The position numbers and the translations under genes are program-made. 64,000 nt of DNA, taken from contig JALSGV010000044.1 in assembly GCA_026982565.1 (NCBI GenBank), forward strand, positions 8,506-72,505, read 5' to 3'. Positions 20,867 through 31,224 of this stretch are shown piece by piece. This DNA comes from Gammaproteobacteria bacterium. Its GTDB lineage: Bacteria; Pseudomonadota; Gammaproteobacteria; SZUA-140. Within the stretch, counting starts at the first letter, position 1, and each line of letters starts with the position of its first letter. Below the pieces are notes generated by a model. That model saw only the letters and a program-made list of their open reading frames with translations, was not told where the DNA came from and did not search any database.

Positions 20867-22631
20867 TTAGAGTGGTTGCGTGAGAGCAGCCATCATCGAA
20901 TTCTTCACTGTTTGCACGTCGGTCTGATTTTCGAAAATTGCCCTTGGCTGTTTGTTCCAGGTGTTCGCCTTTATAACATTGATCAATTCATTCGCAATGG
21001 TGTCGATCGCCACCGAGATTCGCTTTTTCTCATCGTCGGTCAGCGCCAAATCGCCACTCCAGCGCAACTGAGTCTTCAGTAATAGTATATGCAGAATCAG
21101 CCATTTTCCGTGCCGAAGGATTTCGCCATCTTCCTGAGATTCACCTTTGGCACGATCGATGATCGTTTTCTGAACAATGCGGCTTATCTGTACGACACGC
21201 CATAGTTCCCTGGCTGTCAAAGCATCCGAAAAAAGGCGTTCATACGCCTCATCCAATGGCGATCCCGTTGCGGACAGGTCCGGCCGTCTGAACAACCGCT
21301 TTTGATCTTTCTTTGCCGCCACAACAAAGGCAGGCCAGGAGCTGGCTGTTTCGCAACATGCCAGAGCGGGTGCGGCCTCACGAACGCTGAAGACTGCATC
21401 CGATAACGAGGGGGTCATTGTCGCCATGCTTATACAGATACTCGATACCCGTTATAGCCAGTGTCTGTCGCCACGTTTCCTGGCGTTCATCCAGCGCCGA
21501 GAAATCCTCAAGGTCAACCGCGTTCTGGCGGTTACGGTACTGGGTTACCCGTTTGCCAAACTCATCGGGTGCTTGGTCAAGAGAGATGAATGTAACCAGC
21601 ACCTCGGCGGGATGGTCGTCGAAATAGGCTGCATTTTGCTCTGCAATGGTACCAACAGTTTGTGCGCCATTGATGATGGAAATATCACGGACTCGAAAAC
21701 GTCCTTGCTGCCGATCTTGTTGAATCGGCGGTAGCTGCTGAATACTTGAGCAGAGAAATGTCACTCCATTGTTGAAATAGAAGAAATGATCCCATTCTTC
21801 CTGCAAAGTTTTCGCCATGCCGTCATTGACAACAGTCGAGCCCTTGAATCTCCGTATATTTTTCTCGACTATGCGGTCGCCATACTGCTGCTCCAAATTA
21901 GCGAGGTTTTTTGCCGACATTCGCCCATAGAAACCTCGGTACGGGCTTTCAATATAGCCAAAATCGAGCAGATTGACTTCAGTATCTATGGGTTGAGCCG
22001 CTTGATCGTCCAGTTGAAATCCATGGAGGCTTGTCAGCCCTCGCGAATAGCAGCGAAGAAAATCGGGCACCGTAGCATTGTATGTATGTTCGAGGTCTGA
22101 GAATATGTTTCTGCGGTCATCTGATATTGCTCCCCCGGTGTGAGCAAGAACGACTTTGACTCGGTGACCTTCATCTGCCAGGGCGCTTTCAATGGCATGT
22201 CTTTTCTCGTTCAGAGCCTCATTGAAGCGGTCGTATTTTCCAGCCAGAAGATCCACGACACCATCCTTGAACTTGGATACATCCCCCAGGTCAGGTTCAC
22301 CTCTCCCGCTGGAGATATATTTGGATTGAATCAACCATAGTGTTCCGTCCGCGCCAATATAAACAGAATCGATGCCGTGATCGTCACCGCCATCGATGCA
22401 GGCAGCAACGGCTTCTTCTTGAGTGGCCCCTGCTTCATGAGTTAGCACAAAGGCTGCGATAGCTTTGGATAGAAAATTGTTTCGTCGTGCGTCATCATTC
22501 GCACCAATACCTGTAATTAATGCACCAAACTCATTGTCCAATGACTCAGTCAAAAGCCTTAGTTCAAGTGGCGTTCCTTGTGGTGGCATTTTCACGATTC
22601 CCGGATTTCGTAACAAAACAATACCCTGCAT
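20867..22631 (-). pseudogene. AIPR-family protein split by a 1-nt frameshift
   Basis: DGGDDHGID, IQSKY, EKNIR, FFYFNNGVT, IINGAQT, QNAV; ORFs 21378-22691 and 20867-21427 join at a 5-base homopolymer (21410-21414). Confidence 0.82.
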
Positions 22632-22636
22632 TTCCT

Positions 22637-24955
22637 CTAGCTTGGCTTTGTCAATGGATGCAAACGACGTGTTTCGCCTACCGTTGCCCAATAGCTGCCA
22701 GATTTACGGTTGCGTGGCCATCCACTATCCGGGTCAACCAGGCTTTCCATCAACGCCAACACTTCTTTTCCAAATGCGAGTGCATCATCATCCAGTAATT
22801 CAAATGACAGCGCATTGAAATGCGCACCAAACAAGTTTCTCGCCTGTATGATTCTTGTAAGTTCATTCAGATGAGGTTCGAGCACCTTCTCGATGTAGGT
22901 CACTGTGCCATCCGGTTCTTCCTTCTTGTGTTCAACTTTCAGAGCCGCCCTAAGCTTCTTGTCAATTGCTGGCAAGAGGTCACCCAAGGTATAACGACCA
23001 CTTGCGCGGCGTGGTACCTGGCACTCGTACGTCACCGTCAGAAATTCGAGTGCGGCCTCGAGGACCACACCTGCTTTTGCGCAAACCAGCTGCACGTCAG
23101 GCGGCGTCTCCTCCAGCAGCATTTTCAATCTTTCAATATCAGGTATGCTTTGAGTGAGGGAGATGCCGCCATCCAACGTCCATTTCTTGAGTTCGACAAA
23201 CTGGCATTGCCCATTTTTCAGCCAACCCCAACGAAACTTCTCTTTCCAGGGACGATAGTGCGTTGTGATGATGCATTGACGGAATTTGTTGGCTTCCTCG
23301 TACAACATTTCAATCAGTCGCTCAACATGAGGCTCATCCACGCTACCGAGCACATCATCTAGAACAAGTATCGTCTCCTCTGGCTTTTCTCTCCGGACCA
23401 GCGACAGGAATACGCAAAGCCCCAAGGTATCCAGATGGGAATCACTGAAATAGGCCTGGGGCGGCGCGCCTCCCTTCCCCAAGAATTCTGCCGAAATATC
23501 CAAAGAGGCCCGCCTCACCGGATCCAGTTCAAGGCTGATTTTATTTAAACCTTCTCCAGGATGAACCTTCTCGTACAACACCCCGACATCATTAGCGATT
23601 TCGTGCAATATATTGTCGGTATATTTCTTTCGCTCAGTTTCTACAATTTCGAGAGCTTTTTTCAACCGCGGCAGTAACACATCGAGTTCCTGCTGGATCT
23701 GACTGTTGGATTCCAAGGTATCGAGTGATGTTTTCAGAGCTTCGATAAACCGCATACTATCCGCGCACTCGTCCGACAGTACCCTCCATTTCCCGATCAG
23801 CTCTTCGCCATTTGCCAGCCACTCTGTCCAGTCATCTACCCTGGCTGGATAAGGCAGGTCTGGTATTGTGATATCAACCGGCAAAGCATCGTCTTTTGTA
23901 GACTCTACAAATTTTTGGGCATCCTGCAAAGCCGTGTTAATCAGTTCATCAAGCTCTCGTTCTTTCTGTTCCAGCGAACTTTCCAACAGCGTCAGTTTGC
24001 GCCTAGCTTCTTTGAGTTGATTGGCAACCACCTGAGACTCGATCCTTTCCGTGACTCTTGCCGGCAGTCCGGCGACCTTCTCCGCACTCTCGCACAGTGG
24101 ACAAACTTCAGGGTCGGGATGATTTTCGAAATGACTCTGCGCAGCATGCAGTATTTCGAGTATCTCGACATATTCCCCAGCTACTTTCTCAGTCAAGCCC
24201 AGAACATGCTGCTTCTGATCTTCAATGGCAGCCTTTATGCTGGATATTTCCTTTTTGCGTGCACAAATTGCTTCTGGATAACTGAGAAGTTTTCGGAATG
24301 TTTCTCGCAATTCATCCAAAGCAGCCCTTGTAGCCTCGACTGATGCCATGTCCCGGGCAACTTCATTCTGCGCCCACTGAATCGCATCATCACCCACCTT
24401 TCCTGCCTGTTCCCAGAAGTTTTCTATCGTATCCCTGTTTTCCTGAACACGTGCAATGGCAACTTCGATCCGGCTTTCGATATCGCGGATAAGCGCACGC
24501 AGATTGGCTTCCGATGCTTCAACACCTGCCACGTCGATAAAGTGGCTGATAGCTGAATAGCGATCAGCTGGTCTTGCTTCGACCAGATTCAGGATTTGAC
24601 TCCTTCGTAATACGTTTACAAGCGGGCGATGATCTTCTGAATCCACCAGTACGTTGCCTTTTTCAAGCGTCGCCTTGCAGCTGCCAGTTGATAGTGTCAG
24701 CGTAACCGAGGTGTCAGACGGCGTTTTGCCAACCGTATGCCAGTATTTACCAGTCCTGTTCAGCCCTCTGTTATCAAGCGAGCCGACCCTGCCGTTGCCG
24801 ATGAAGTCGAATGCGTCACATATTGTTGACTTACCGGTACCGTTCTCACCATATATAAGTGTCAGCTTTTTTCCTTTTTCGAAGGTGAGGGTGAACGGGG
24901 CAACAGCCCCCCTAAGATGATCAATTGTCAGTGATTTTAGAGCACCGCTATTCAT
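22637..24955 (-). CDS. SMC/Rad50-like ABC ATPase with zinc hook and C-terminal HEPN-like domain (RloC-like architecture)
   Basis: GENGTGKST, coiled coil with CPLC, FSDSH, LVLDD, ITTH, C-terminal RNLFGAH. Confidence 0.75.
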   Translation of the reverse strand: MNSGALKSLTIDHLRGAVAPFTLTFEKGKKLTLIYGENGTGKSTICDAFDFIGNGRVGSLDNRGLNRTGKYWHTVGKTPSDTSVTLTLSTGSCKATLEKGNVLVDSEDHRPLVNVLRRSQILNLVEARPADRYSAISHFIDVAGVEASEANLRALIRDIESRIEVAIARVQENRDTIENFWEQAGKVGDDAIQWAQNEVARDMASVEATRAALDELRETFRKLLSYPEAICARKKEISSIKAAIEDQKQHVLGLTEKVAGEYVEILEILHAAQSHFENHPDPEVCPLCESAEKVAGLPARVTERIESQVVANQLKEARRKLTLLESSLEQKERELDELINTALQDAQKFVESTKDDALPVDITIPDLPYPARVDDWTEWLANGEELIGKWRVLSDECADSMRFIEALKTSLDTLESNSQIQQELDVLLPRLKKALEIVETERKKYTDNILHEIANDVGVLYEKVHPGEGLNKISLELDPVRRASLDISAEFLGKGGAPPQAYFSDSHLDTLGLCVFLSLVRREKPEETILVLDDVLGSVDEPHVERLIEMLYEEANKFRQCIITTHYRPWKEKFRWGWLKNGQCQFVELKKWTLDGGISLTQSIPDIERLKMLLEETPPDVQLVCAKAGVVLEAALEFLTVTYECQVPRRASGRYTLGDLLPAIDKKLRAALKVEHKKEEPDGTVTYIEKVLEPHLNELTRIIQARNLFGAHFNALSFELLDDDALAFGKEVLALMESLVDPDSGWPRNRKSGSYWATVGETRRLHPLTKPS

Positions 24956-25148
24956 CTGACGCCTCCTTGTCTAGCGCTTTTTCTATCAGCAAACGCCAGT
25001 CCTCTGCCCTCAATTTACCTGAAGCTATTTCCCGGGACGTATGCGGAGCATCTTCCTTTAGAATCAATCCCTCATCCAACAATGCGTTGGTTACGATTTC
25101 TGCGAGTTCCTCGGCAGGTGTTTTGTCATTTTCTTCTGCGTCACTCAT
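24948..25148 (-). CDS. small acidic hypothetical protein (66 aa)
   Basis: ATG overlaps the SNF2 stop (ATGA) and its stop overlaps the ATPase start. Confidence 0.7.
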   Translation of the reverse strand: MSDAEENDKTPAEELAEIVTNALLDEGLILKEDAPHTSREIASGKLRAEDWRLLIEKALDKEASDE

Positions 25149-28009
25149 ATGAGCCTCCATTCGATGGTGAACAGGTGCTTTTCCTCTGCCTTTTGCGTGA
25201 GCCGGGCTTCCAACTCAACAATGAGCGCATTGCGCTTTTCTTCTACCTCATCCTGCCGATCAAACAGTTCACGACGTAGCCTGTTGCGCTTCTGTTCCAG
25301 CTCGCGCTGTTGTTTCTGCCAGTCCAGTTTTTCCTCCAGCGTTGGCGCGGTTGCAGCGGTGCGCCGCACTTCCTTGATCTGACGGTCCATTTCCTTGATT
25401 TCCTGTTCCAGCCCTACCTTAAGGTCATCCGCCCAGGCATCGAGCTTTTGGACCTCCTGTTCAAAGTACCCAAGGTTGCGCCGGTTGATGGACTCGGCCA
25501 GTCGGTTTTTTCGTTCGATCAGGTCGGATTCCAGTGCAGGATTAACTGGTAGTGCGCTGATTTGCTCCTGGTGGCTTGCAGGCAGGCGCAGGAGCTTTTC
25601 CGGGTCGTCTTCAGGTAGTACTTCACCACTATCGGTCACGGCAGAAACTACGAGGTGTTGTTCGGTTCCACCAAGAGACTGGATGGTCAGTAGTTCCGCA
25701 ATCAGAACCCCGCTTTTCCCTCGCCAGGCCTCCAGCGTGGTCAGGCGACCGCCTTTCCAGGCGCCATAGTCGAATACCAGTCGTGCCGGAGGCAGATCAC
25801 GGGCTTTGGCCTGTTGCAGCACATACTCGCCCAGGGGATGCCCCAGACGGTAGAGATGGGCGTCACCTGTGCGTCGTGGCAGTTCGTAACGGCCCAACGG
25901 GACGGCATCCCGAAGGCTGTCATCAGGCAGGGACTCGAGAATGAAGCTATTATCGCCGTCGAAGCGGGCATGACGTTTGAGTTCCACCCGGGTGAGGTTC
26001 ATGAATAGCTGTTCGTAACGGTTGCGGGTTTCGAGGCTGTCGATACGGATCTTTTCCAGTACCTGTTCATCGAAATGCTCGAACAGGGCTTCTCTGGTCT
26101 TGACCATGGCCTCGTTGATTTCAGTGGCCAGCTCCAGCTGCAACTGTTCGAAGCTCTTGCGGATGGTTTCGGGATCCCGGCAGCTTTGATAGATATCCGC
26201 GATACGGCGCTCAAAATCCACGCCTGAACCAATGACGCCGAGCACTTCGTCACTGGCACCGAAGACACCGTCGAACAGGCGGAACTTCTGTTCCAGCAGT
26301 TCATAGACCCGGCGATCCGCCTCGTTGGTCAGATCGACGAAGTTCACCACCACGACATCGAACTTTTGCCTGTAGCGGTGGCAGCGGCCGATACGCTGCT
26401 CGATGCGTTGCGGGTTCCAGGGCAGATCGTAGTTGATGACCAGCGAACAGAATTGCAGGTTGATGCCTTCCGCGCCGGCTTCGGTAGCGATCATGATCTT
26501 GCCCTGGTCGCGGAAGTATTCCACCAGTGCGGCGCGGGTGTCGGCGGTTTTTGAGCCGGTGATGCGATCTGAGCCGGCGTGTTTTTCCAGCCAGTCCTTG
26601 TAGACCTGACGTGCTGCCGGATTGTCGTTGGTGCCGTTGAACAGAACGATGCCATCCCCGTAGGCAGTTTCCCTGAGCAGGGACAGAAGATAGTCCTGCG
26701 TACGGCGGGATTCAGTGAAGATCAGTGCCTTGCGCGGTGCGCCAAGTTTGTCGAGTTCCCTGAAAGCGCGATCCAGGGCGGTGATCAGCGCCTTGCCCTT
26801 GGCGTTGTCGCGTATCGCCTTCGCCATGGTCTCGTAGCGGCGCAACTCGGCAATTTCGTCACGAATGGCCTGCTTGTCTTTCTCATCGAGCAGGTTGTTT
26901 GCCAGCTCAATCTCCCACTCCTCGGCTTCTTCATCAAGGGCTTCGTAATCCTTGTCAAGGGAGTCGATGAGTGATTCGGCCGTTTCGGCATCTTCGAGCA
27001 GCTTTTCCAACCGGGCCGCCATGGTACCCAGGGCACCTCCAATGGCATAAGTGGATGACGCCAGCAGCTTCCACAGAACCAACGAGATGAGTTGCCGCTG
27101 GCCACTAGGCAGGGCCTTGAGTTCTGGGCGGCGCAGGTAGTCGGCGACCAGTTCGCGCAGGTGCTGCTCGTCCCTGGTGGGCGTGAACTGCTCCACTAGG
27201 GGAATGCGTTTGGTATAGGCAATGGTGTGGGCCACCTGCTTGCGCAGCGTGCGCTTGCACAGAGGCGCGATGCGGCTGCGCAGCTGCTGGAAGACGGCGT
27301 TGTCGTTCAGCCGCGCATACTGGCGACGAAAACTGTCCAGATCGCCAAACACGCGCTCGTCGATGATACTGACCAGTCCATAGAGCTCCAGCAAGGAATT
27401 TTGCAGTGGAGTAGCGGTGAGTAGCACCTTGGATTTCACGCCGGCCAGCCCATCCTTGAGGGTGTTGGCGATGATATTACCTTTCTTATAGACATTGCGC
27501 AGGCGGTGCGCCTCGTCATAGACCAGCAGATCCCAGGGAACCATGCGCACATTGTCAATCCTGGACTTGGCGAACTGATAGGAGCAGATCACCGGCCGGT
27601 CGGTGTCGAAGGGGTTGAGTACACCTTGTCTCCTGAGCTGGTTGTAGCTCTTGGACTCGAGTATCAAGGAGTCCAGCGCAAATTTGTCCAGTAACTCCTG
27701 ATGCCACTGCTTGCGCAGATTGGCGGGCACGATGATGAGGATGCCACGCTTGCGCTCCGCCCAGAATTGGGCAAGGACGAGGCCGGCTTCGATAGTCTTC
27801 CCAAGACCAACCTCATCAGCCAGGATAACACCACGGGACAAGGGGTTCTGGCATGCGAACAGTGCCGCCTCGACCTGGTGAGGGTTCAAATCAACCTGAG
27901 CATCCATGAGGGTAGATCCCAAGGAATCCACCGAATCACCAGCAGCCCGGCGTGTGAGCTGCCAGGCAAAAAACTGGCTGTGGTAAAGGGTAAGCCCGAG
28001 GTCGTTCAC
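25145..28009 (-). CDS. SNF2-family helicase/ATPase with C-terminal coiled coil
   Basis: LADEVGLGKT, DEAH, TATPLQN, EAGAEGINLQ, EQRIGRCHR. Confidence 0.92.
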   Translation of the reverse strand: MNDLGLTLYHSQFFAWQLTRRAAGDSVDSLGSTLMDAQVDLNPHQVEAALFACQNPLSRGVILADEVGLGKTIEAGLVLAQFWAERKRGILIIVPANLRKQWHQELLDKFALDSLILESKSYNQLRRQGVLNPFDTDRPVICSYQFAKSRIDNVRMVPWDLLVYDEAHRLRNVYKKGNIIANTLKDGLAGVKSKVLLTATPLQNSLLELYGLVSIIDERVFGDLDSFRRQYARLNDNAVFQQLRSRIAPLCKRTLRKQVAHTIAYTKRIPLVEQFTPTRDEQHLRELVADYLRRPELKALPSGQRQLISLVLWKLLASSTYAIGGALGTMAARLEKLLEDAETAESLIDSLDKDYEALDEEAEEWEIELANNLLDEKDKQAIRDEIAELRRYETMAKAIRDNAKGKALITALDRAFRELDKLGAPRKALIFTESRRTQDYLLSLLRETAYGDGIVLFNGTNDNPAARQVYKDWLEKHAGSDRITGSKTADTRAALVEYFRDQGKIMIATEAGAEGINLQFCSLVINYDLPWNPQRIEQRIGRCHRYRQKFDVVVVNFVDLTNEADRRVYELLEQKFRLFDGVFGASDEVLGVIGSGVDFERRIADIYQSCRDPETIRKSFEQLQLELATEINEAMVKTREALFEHFDEQVLEKIRIDSLETRNRYEQLFMNLTRVELKRHARFDGDNSFILESLPDDSLRDAVPLGRYELPRRTGDAHLYRLGHPLGEYVLQQAKARDLPPARLVFDYGAWKGGRLTTLEAWRGKSGVLIAELLTIQSLGGTEQHLVVSAVTDSGEVLPEDDPEKLLRLPASHQEQISALPVNPALESDLIERKNRLAESINRRNLGYFEQEVQKLDAWADDLKVGLEQEIKEMDRQIKEVRRTAATAPTLEEKLDWQKQQRELEQKRNRLRRELFDRQDEVEEKRNALIVELEARLTQKAEEKHLFTIEWRLI

Positions 28010-28077
28010 TATTTCTATTCCGGTATTGTCATTTCCGTTTCAGATTCGCATCCCACATCATTTTACATTCAACTACA

Positions 28078-29322
28078 TCATGTCTCCCAAAGACATCGGA
28101 TTGGCACCGCGTACAAGCCCTCTCCAAAGGGCATCGTGGCTTCACCGTCGTATAGCACTATCCCTCCGACAAATCGTTGAGCAGCAGCCTGCTTGAGTCT
28201 GCGCAGTCCTCGAAAATCTGAGGCCGTTACCGTGGCCGCTGCCTTGATCTCGACACCGGCAACCCGCTGGCCGCTCGTTTCCAGCACGATATCCACTTCG
28301 GCGCCATCCTTGTCGCGGAAATGGTGAAAGTTGACGGTATCTTCCCACCCGCTTGCCTGGCGGCGTAATTCCTGAAACACGAAAGTTTCCAATAGCTGGC
28401 CCAGCAGCGCACGATCGGACTTCAGTGCCGCCACGTCTACCCCCAGCAACGCACAGGCAAGGCCGGTGTCACCCAAGTGCAGCTTGGGGGTCTTGATCAA
28501 GCGTCGCAGGCGGTTGCTGTGCCAGGATGGCAGTTCCTCCAGCAGGAATACCCGTGTCAGCAGCGTGATGTAGTCGCGTATGGTCTGCCGGCTGAGCTGG
28601 AATGGCGATGCCAGATCACTCACGTTGAGCAGCCGGGCGGTCTGTCCGGCGGCCAGCATCAACAAACGCGGCAAGGCATCCAGTAACCGGATACGCGCCA
28701 GATCCCGTACGTCGCGCTGCACTAGCGTCTCGATGTAATCGCGGTACCAAGCGGCCCGCCGGCGTGGAGCCAGGCGGGCAAGCGCCGCAGGATAGCCGCC
28801 TGCGACGATCCGTTCGGGCAGCTCGTCGCCGAGACGAGGCCAGTTACCCATTTCGAATCCCGCCCCGAACAGCGTGTTCAGAAACGTGGGTGGCGTTCTC
28901 GTCAGCTCCACCTGGGCTAACGGGTGCAGTCGCAGGATCTCCATGCGCCCCGCCAGGGAATCAGCGAGTTTCGGTACCAACAGCACGTTGGCAGAGCCGG
29001 TGAGCAGGAACCGGCCCGGTGTGCGGTCGCGGTCCACGGTGCTTTTCAGGGCAGTGAATAGTTCGGGAACCCGCTGCACCTCATCGAGAATGGCCCGCTC
29101 CGGCAGATCCCCGGCAAAACCCACCGGGTCCTCCCGAGCAGCGGCAAGCGCAACATCATCATCGAAACTGAAGTACGCACAACCCCTCGCCTCACCCACC
29201 ATACGCGCCAATGTGGTCTTGCCACACTGGCGCGGCCCGTGGATCAGAACGACAGGTGTATCGGCCAGCGCCTCATCGAGGCGCGGCTCCACCAGGCGGG
29301 GGTAAATTGCAGGATTGGCCAT
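28078..29322 (-). CDS. AAA_14 ATPase with DUF4143 (wHTH / PD-(D/E)XK-like C-terminus)
   Basis: GPRQCGKTT, LDEVQ, LTGS, GGYP, DTGL, EVDIV...EIK. Confidence 0.9.
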   Translation of the reverse strand: MANPAIYPRLVEPRLDEALADTPVVLIHGPRQCGKTTLARMVGEARGCAYFSFDDDVALAAAREDPVGFAGDLPERAILDEVQRVPELFTALKSTVDRDRTPGRFLLTGSANVLLVPKLADSLAGRMEILRLHPLAQVELTRTPPTFLNTLFGAGFEMGNWPRLGDELPERIVAGGYPAALARLAPRRRAAWYRDYIETLVQRDVRDLARIRLLDALPRLLMLAAGQTARLLNVSDLASPFQLSRQTIRDYITLLTRVFLLEELPSWHSNRLRRLIKTPKLHLGDTGLACALLGVDVAALKSDRALLGQLLETFVFQELRRQASGWEDTVNFHHFRDKDGAEVDIVLETSGQRVAGVEIKAAATVTASDFRGLRRLKQAAAQRFVGGIVLYDGEATMPFGEGLYAVPIRCLWET

Positions 29323-29324
29323 AC

Positions 29325-29410
29325 CGGCCAATCGTAACCTTAGGAATCGGCCAATTGCAAGTTTTTGCCCCGTCCAATTGTAACTTTATGGTTCGGCTGA
29401 TTGTAACTTT
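29325..29410. repeat. four 17-bp direct repeats at 23-bp period, consensus CGGCCAATTGTAACTTT
   Basis: Copies start at 29325, 29348, 29371 and 29394. Confidence 0.85.
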
Positions 29411-29764
29411 CCGGCCATCTCTGCAGACCCGGAAGGAGATGTCCAGGTGATGGCACTGCCATCACCCTCGGGCCACGAACTCCCTTCGCGCCTGGAAATC
29501 GAAATTCCCCCGAAAGCCCGCACGTTGCTCCACGCTTTCACCGTTGAAATCCCGGAGCCATTCTTCCAGACTGCGGGCTGATACATCGCCATATCGCTTG
29601 GATAAAATCGCACAAACAGAAAACATCAGCAGTCCACGCAGAATAACCCGTCGTCATTCTCGCATATTTCCACTGTGAGTTCCCCAGCCCGTGTTTCTCA
29701 CCAGGAGGCGGGATGAAATAGTCGTGCGAGGCCCCGCTGATGGTGGGCCTGTTGTTTGATCATC

Positions 29765-30703
29765 CTACTGCTTTCCCTTGTTCCCCGCACTCCGGCCGAC
29801 CAGGGTCACCCCCGCCAGGATCATCGCCGCCCCGGCCAGTTGCGCCATGCCCAGGGATTCATCGAGCAACAGCCAGGCGAGGAACAGCGTGACCACAGGG
29901 CCCGTCGAGCCGATGATGGAGGCCGGGCTGGCGCCGATGCGATGGATGCCGGCATGCATGAGGAAAGCCGGCACCACCGTTGACACGATGGCCATGAGCA
30001 GCGTCAAGGCGTAAACCTCCAGCGGCAGATTGAGCGCCGACAGAGGATGGCTGAGACTGAAATGGACAACTGCCGCAATACTGGCCGCCGTCATGGCATA
30101 GGCGGTAAACGCGATGGAGCCTGAGCGCCGCATACGGGCGCCGGACAGCATCAGATAGAGAGCGAACACTACGGCCGATGCGAATACCAGGGACGCGCCC
30201 AGCCACAGGCGCGGCAATACCGTCTCCTGCGGCTGCATAAAGACCACTGCGATCCCCAGGTAACTCAGAACCAGTGCGCCTGCCTCACCTGCCGAGATGG
30301 GACGGCGGTAAAATAATGACGAGAACATTACCACCATTGTCGGATAGAGAAACAGGATCAGACGCTCTACACCGGCCGGAATGTATGCCAGCCCGGCAAA
30401 GTCGAGAAACCCTGCCAGATAGAAACCCATCATCCCCAGCGCGGCGATCAGCGCCAGCTCGCGGCGCCCGGGCGACGGAATGTGGCGCTGGCTCTGCAAC
30501 CAAAGGGCGACACCGAGAAAAAAAGGCAGCGCAAACAGCATGCGCAAGGTCATCAATGTAATGGCGTCCACCTCGGTGCTGTGAGCATAGGCCAGCTTGA
30601 CAAGAACCGCCTTGGTGGAAAATCCCACGGCCGCGAGCAGCACCATGGATATGCCGATCAGGCGCTGACGAGCCCTTGTTTGTATCGTTCGAGCCGTTTC
30701 CAC
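29765..30703 (-). CDS. EamA/DMT family transporter
   Basis: About 10 hydrophobic segments in two repeats; ERLILFLYP and GPVVT...LDE motifs. Confidence 0.9.
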   Translation of the reverse strand: METARTIQTRARQRLIGISMVLLAAVGFSTKAVLVKLAYAHSTEVDAITLMTLRMLFALPFFLGVALWLQSQRHIPSPGRRELALIAALGMMGFYLAGFLDFAGLAYIPAGVERLILFLYPTMVVMFSSLFYRRPISAGEAGALVLSYLGIAVVFMQPQETVLPRLWLGASLVFASAVVFALYLMLSGARMRRSGSIAFTAYAMTAASIAAVVHFSLSHPLSALNLPLEVYALTLLMAIVSTVVPAFLMHAGIHRIGASPASIIGSTGPVVTLFLAWLLLDESLGMAQLAGAAMILAGVTLVGRSAGNKGKQ

Positions 30704-30819
30704 GCACGTCTCCCTGTTGGTCAGGGCAACCGTGGATCTTGCTTCAGGAAGGTGTCAGGACAGAGCTTTGCGGCGAGATCCGCGGCTGTCCTGAGTTGAT
30801 TGAAATTTATGAAATGTAA

Positions 30820-30903
30820 TCAGCACAGACCGCAGTGGAAACCCGGTTTCCACCACAGTCGCATGGAGCGAACAGTTGATTCTGTGCTGATGAAAGAATT
30901 CAT
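30820..30903 (-). CDS. candidate 27-aa leader peptide MNSFISTESTVRSMRLWWKPGFHCGLC
   Basis: Manual translation; tandem TGG TGG inside overlapping hairpins, upstream of the EamA gene. Confidence 0.5.
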   Translation of the reverse strand: MNSFISTESTVRSMRLWWKPGFHCGLC

Positions 30904-30909
30904 GAAATC

Positions 30910-30939
30910 AGACTAACTGCGCCACAGCCTCTTTGTCAA
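30910..30939 (-). promoter_or_regulatory. sigma70-like promoter TTGACA-N18-TAGTCT
   Basis: -35 at 30939-30934, -10 at 30915-30910, 6 nt before the leader ATG. Confidence 0.55.
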
Positions 30940-31224
30940 CACTTCTTCCTGTTCCCGCGAAGACCCTGTCACCGGCCCCGCCTACTGTACTCTGGAACCC
31001 TGGTGAACGATGCATGAACGAACTTCATGGCCGCGTTGCTGCCACCCAGTGATCAACCCGCCGGGCCGTTCTGCGGATTTCCATTCCGGGTCAACACACC
31101 TTCCGTGCAGCGCATGTCCATTGGCCGGCAGACATCGGCCTTTCTGAACCATCTCGCCTGATTGTCGGTCTGGATCAGCACAACCTTGCTCTTGACCTCG
31201 ACAACGAAACCACAGTGGATATCA

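Noticed and set aside
29325..29410. CRISPR array
   Set aside because: Linkers are only 6 nt, repeats are degenerate, and there are no cas genes
29420..29750. Possible gene remnant between the repeat array and EamA
   Set aside because: Frames are interrupted and no family was recognisable
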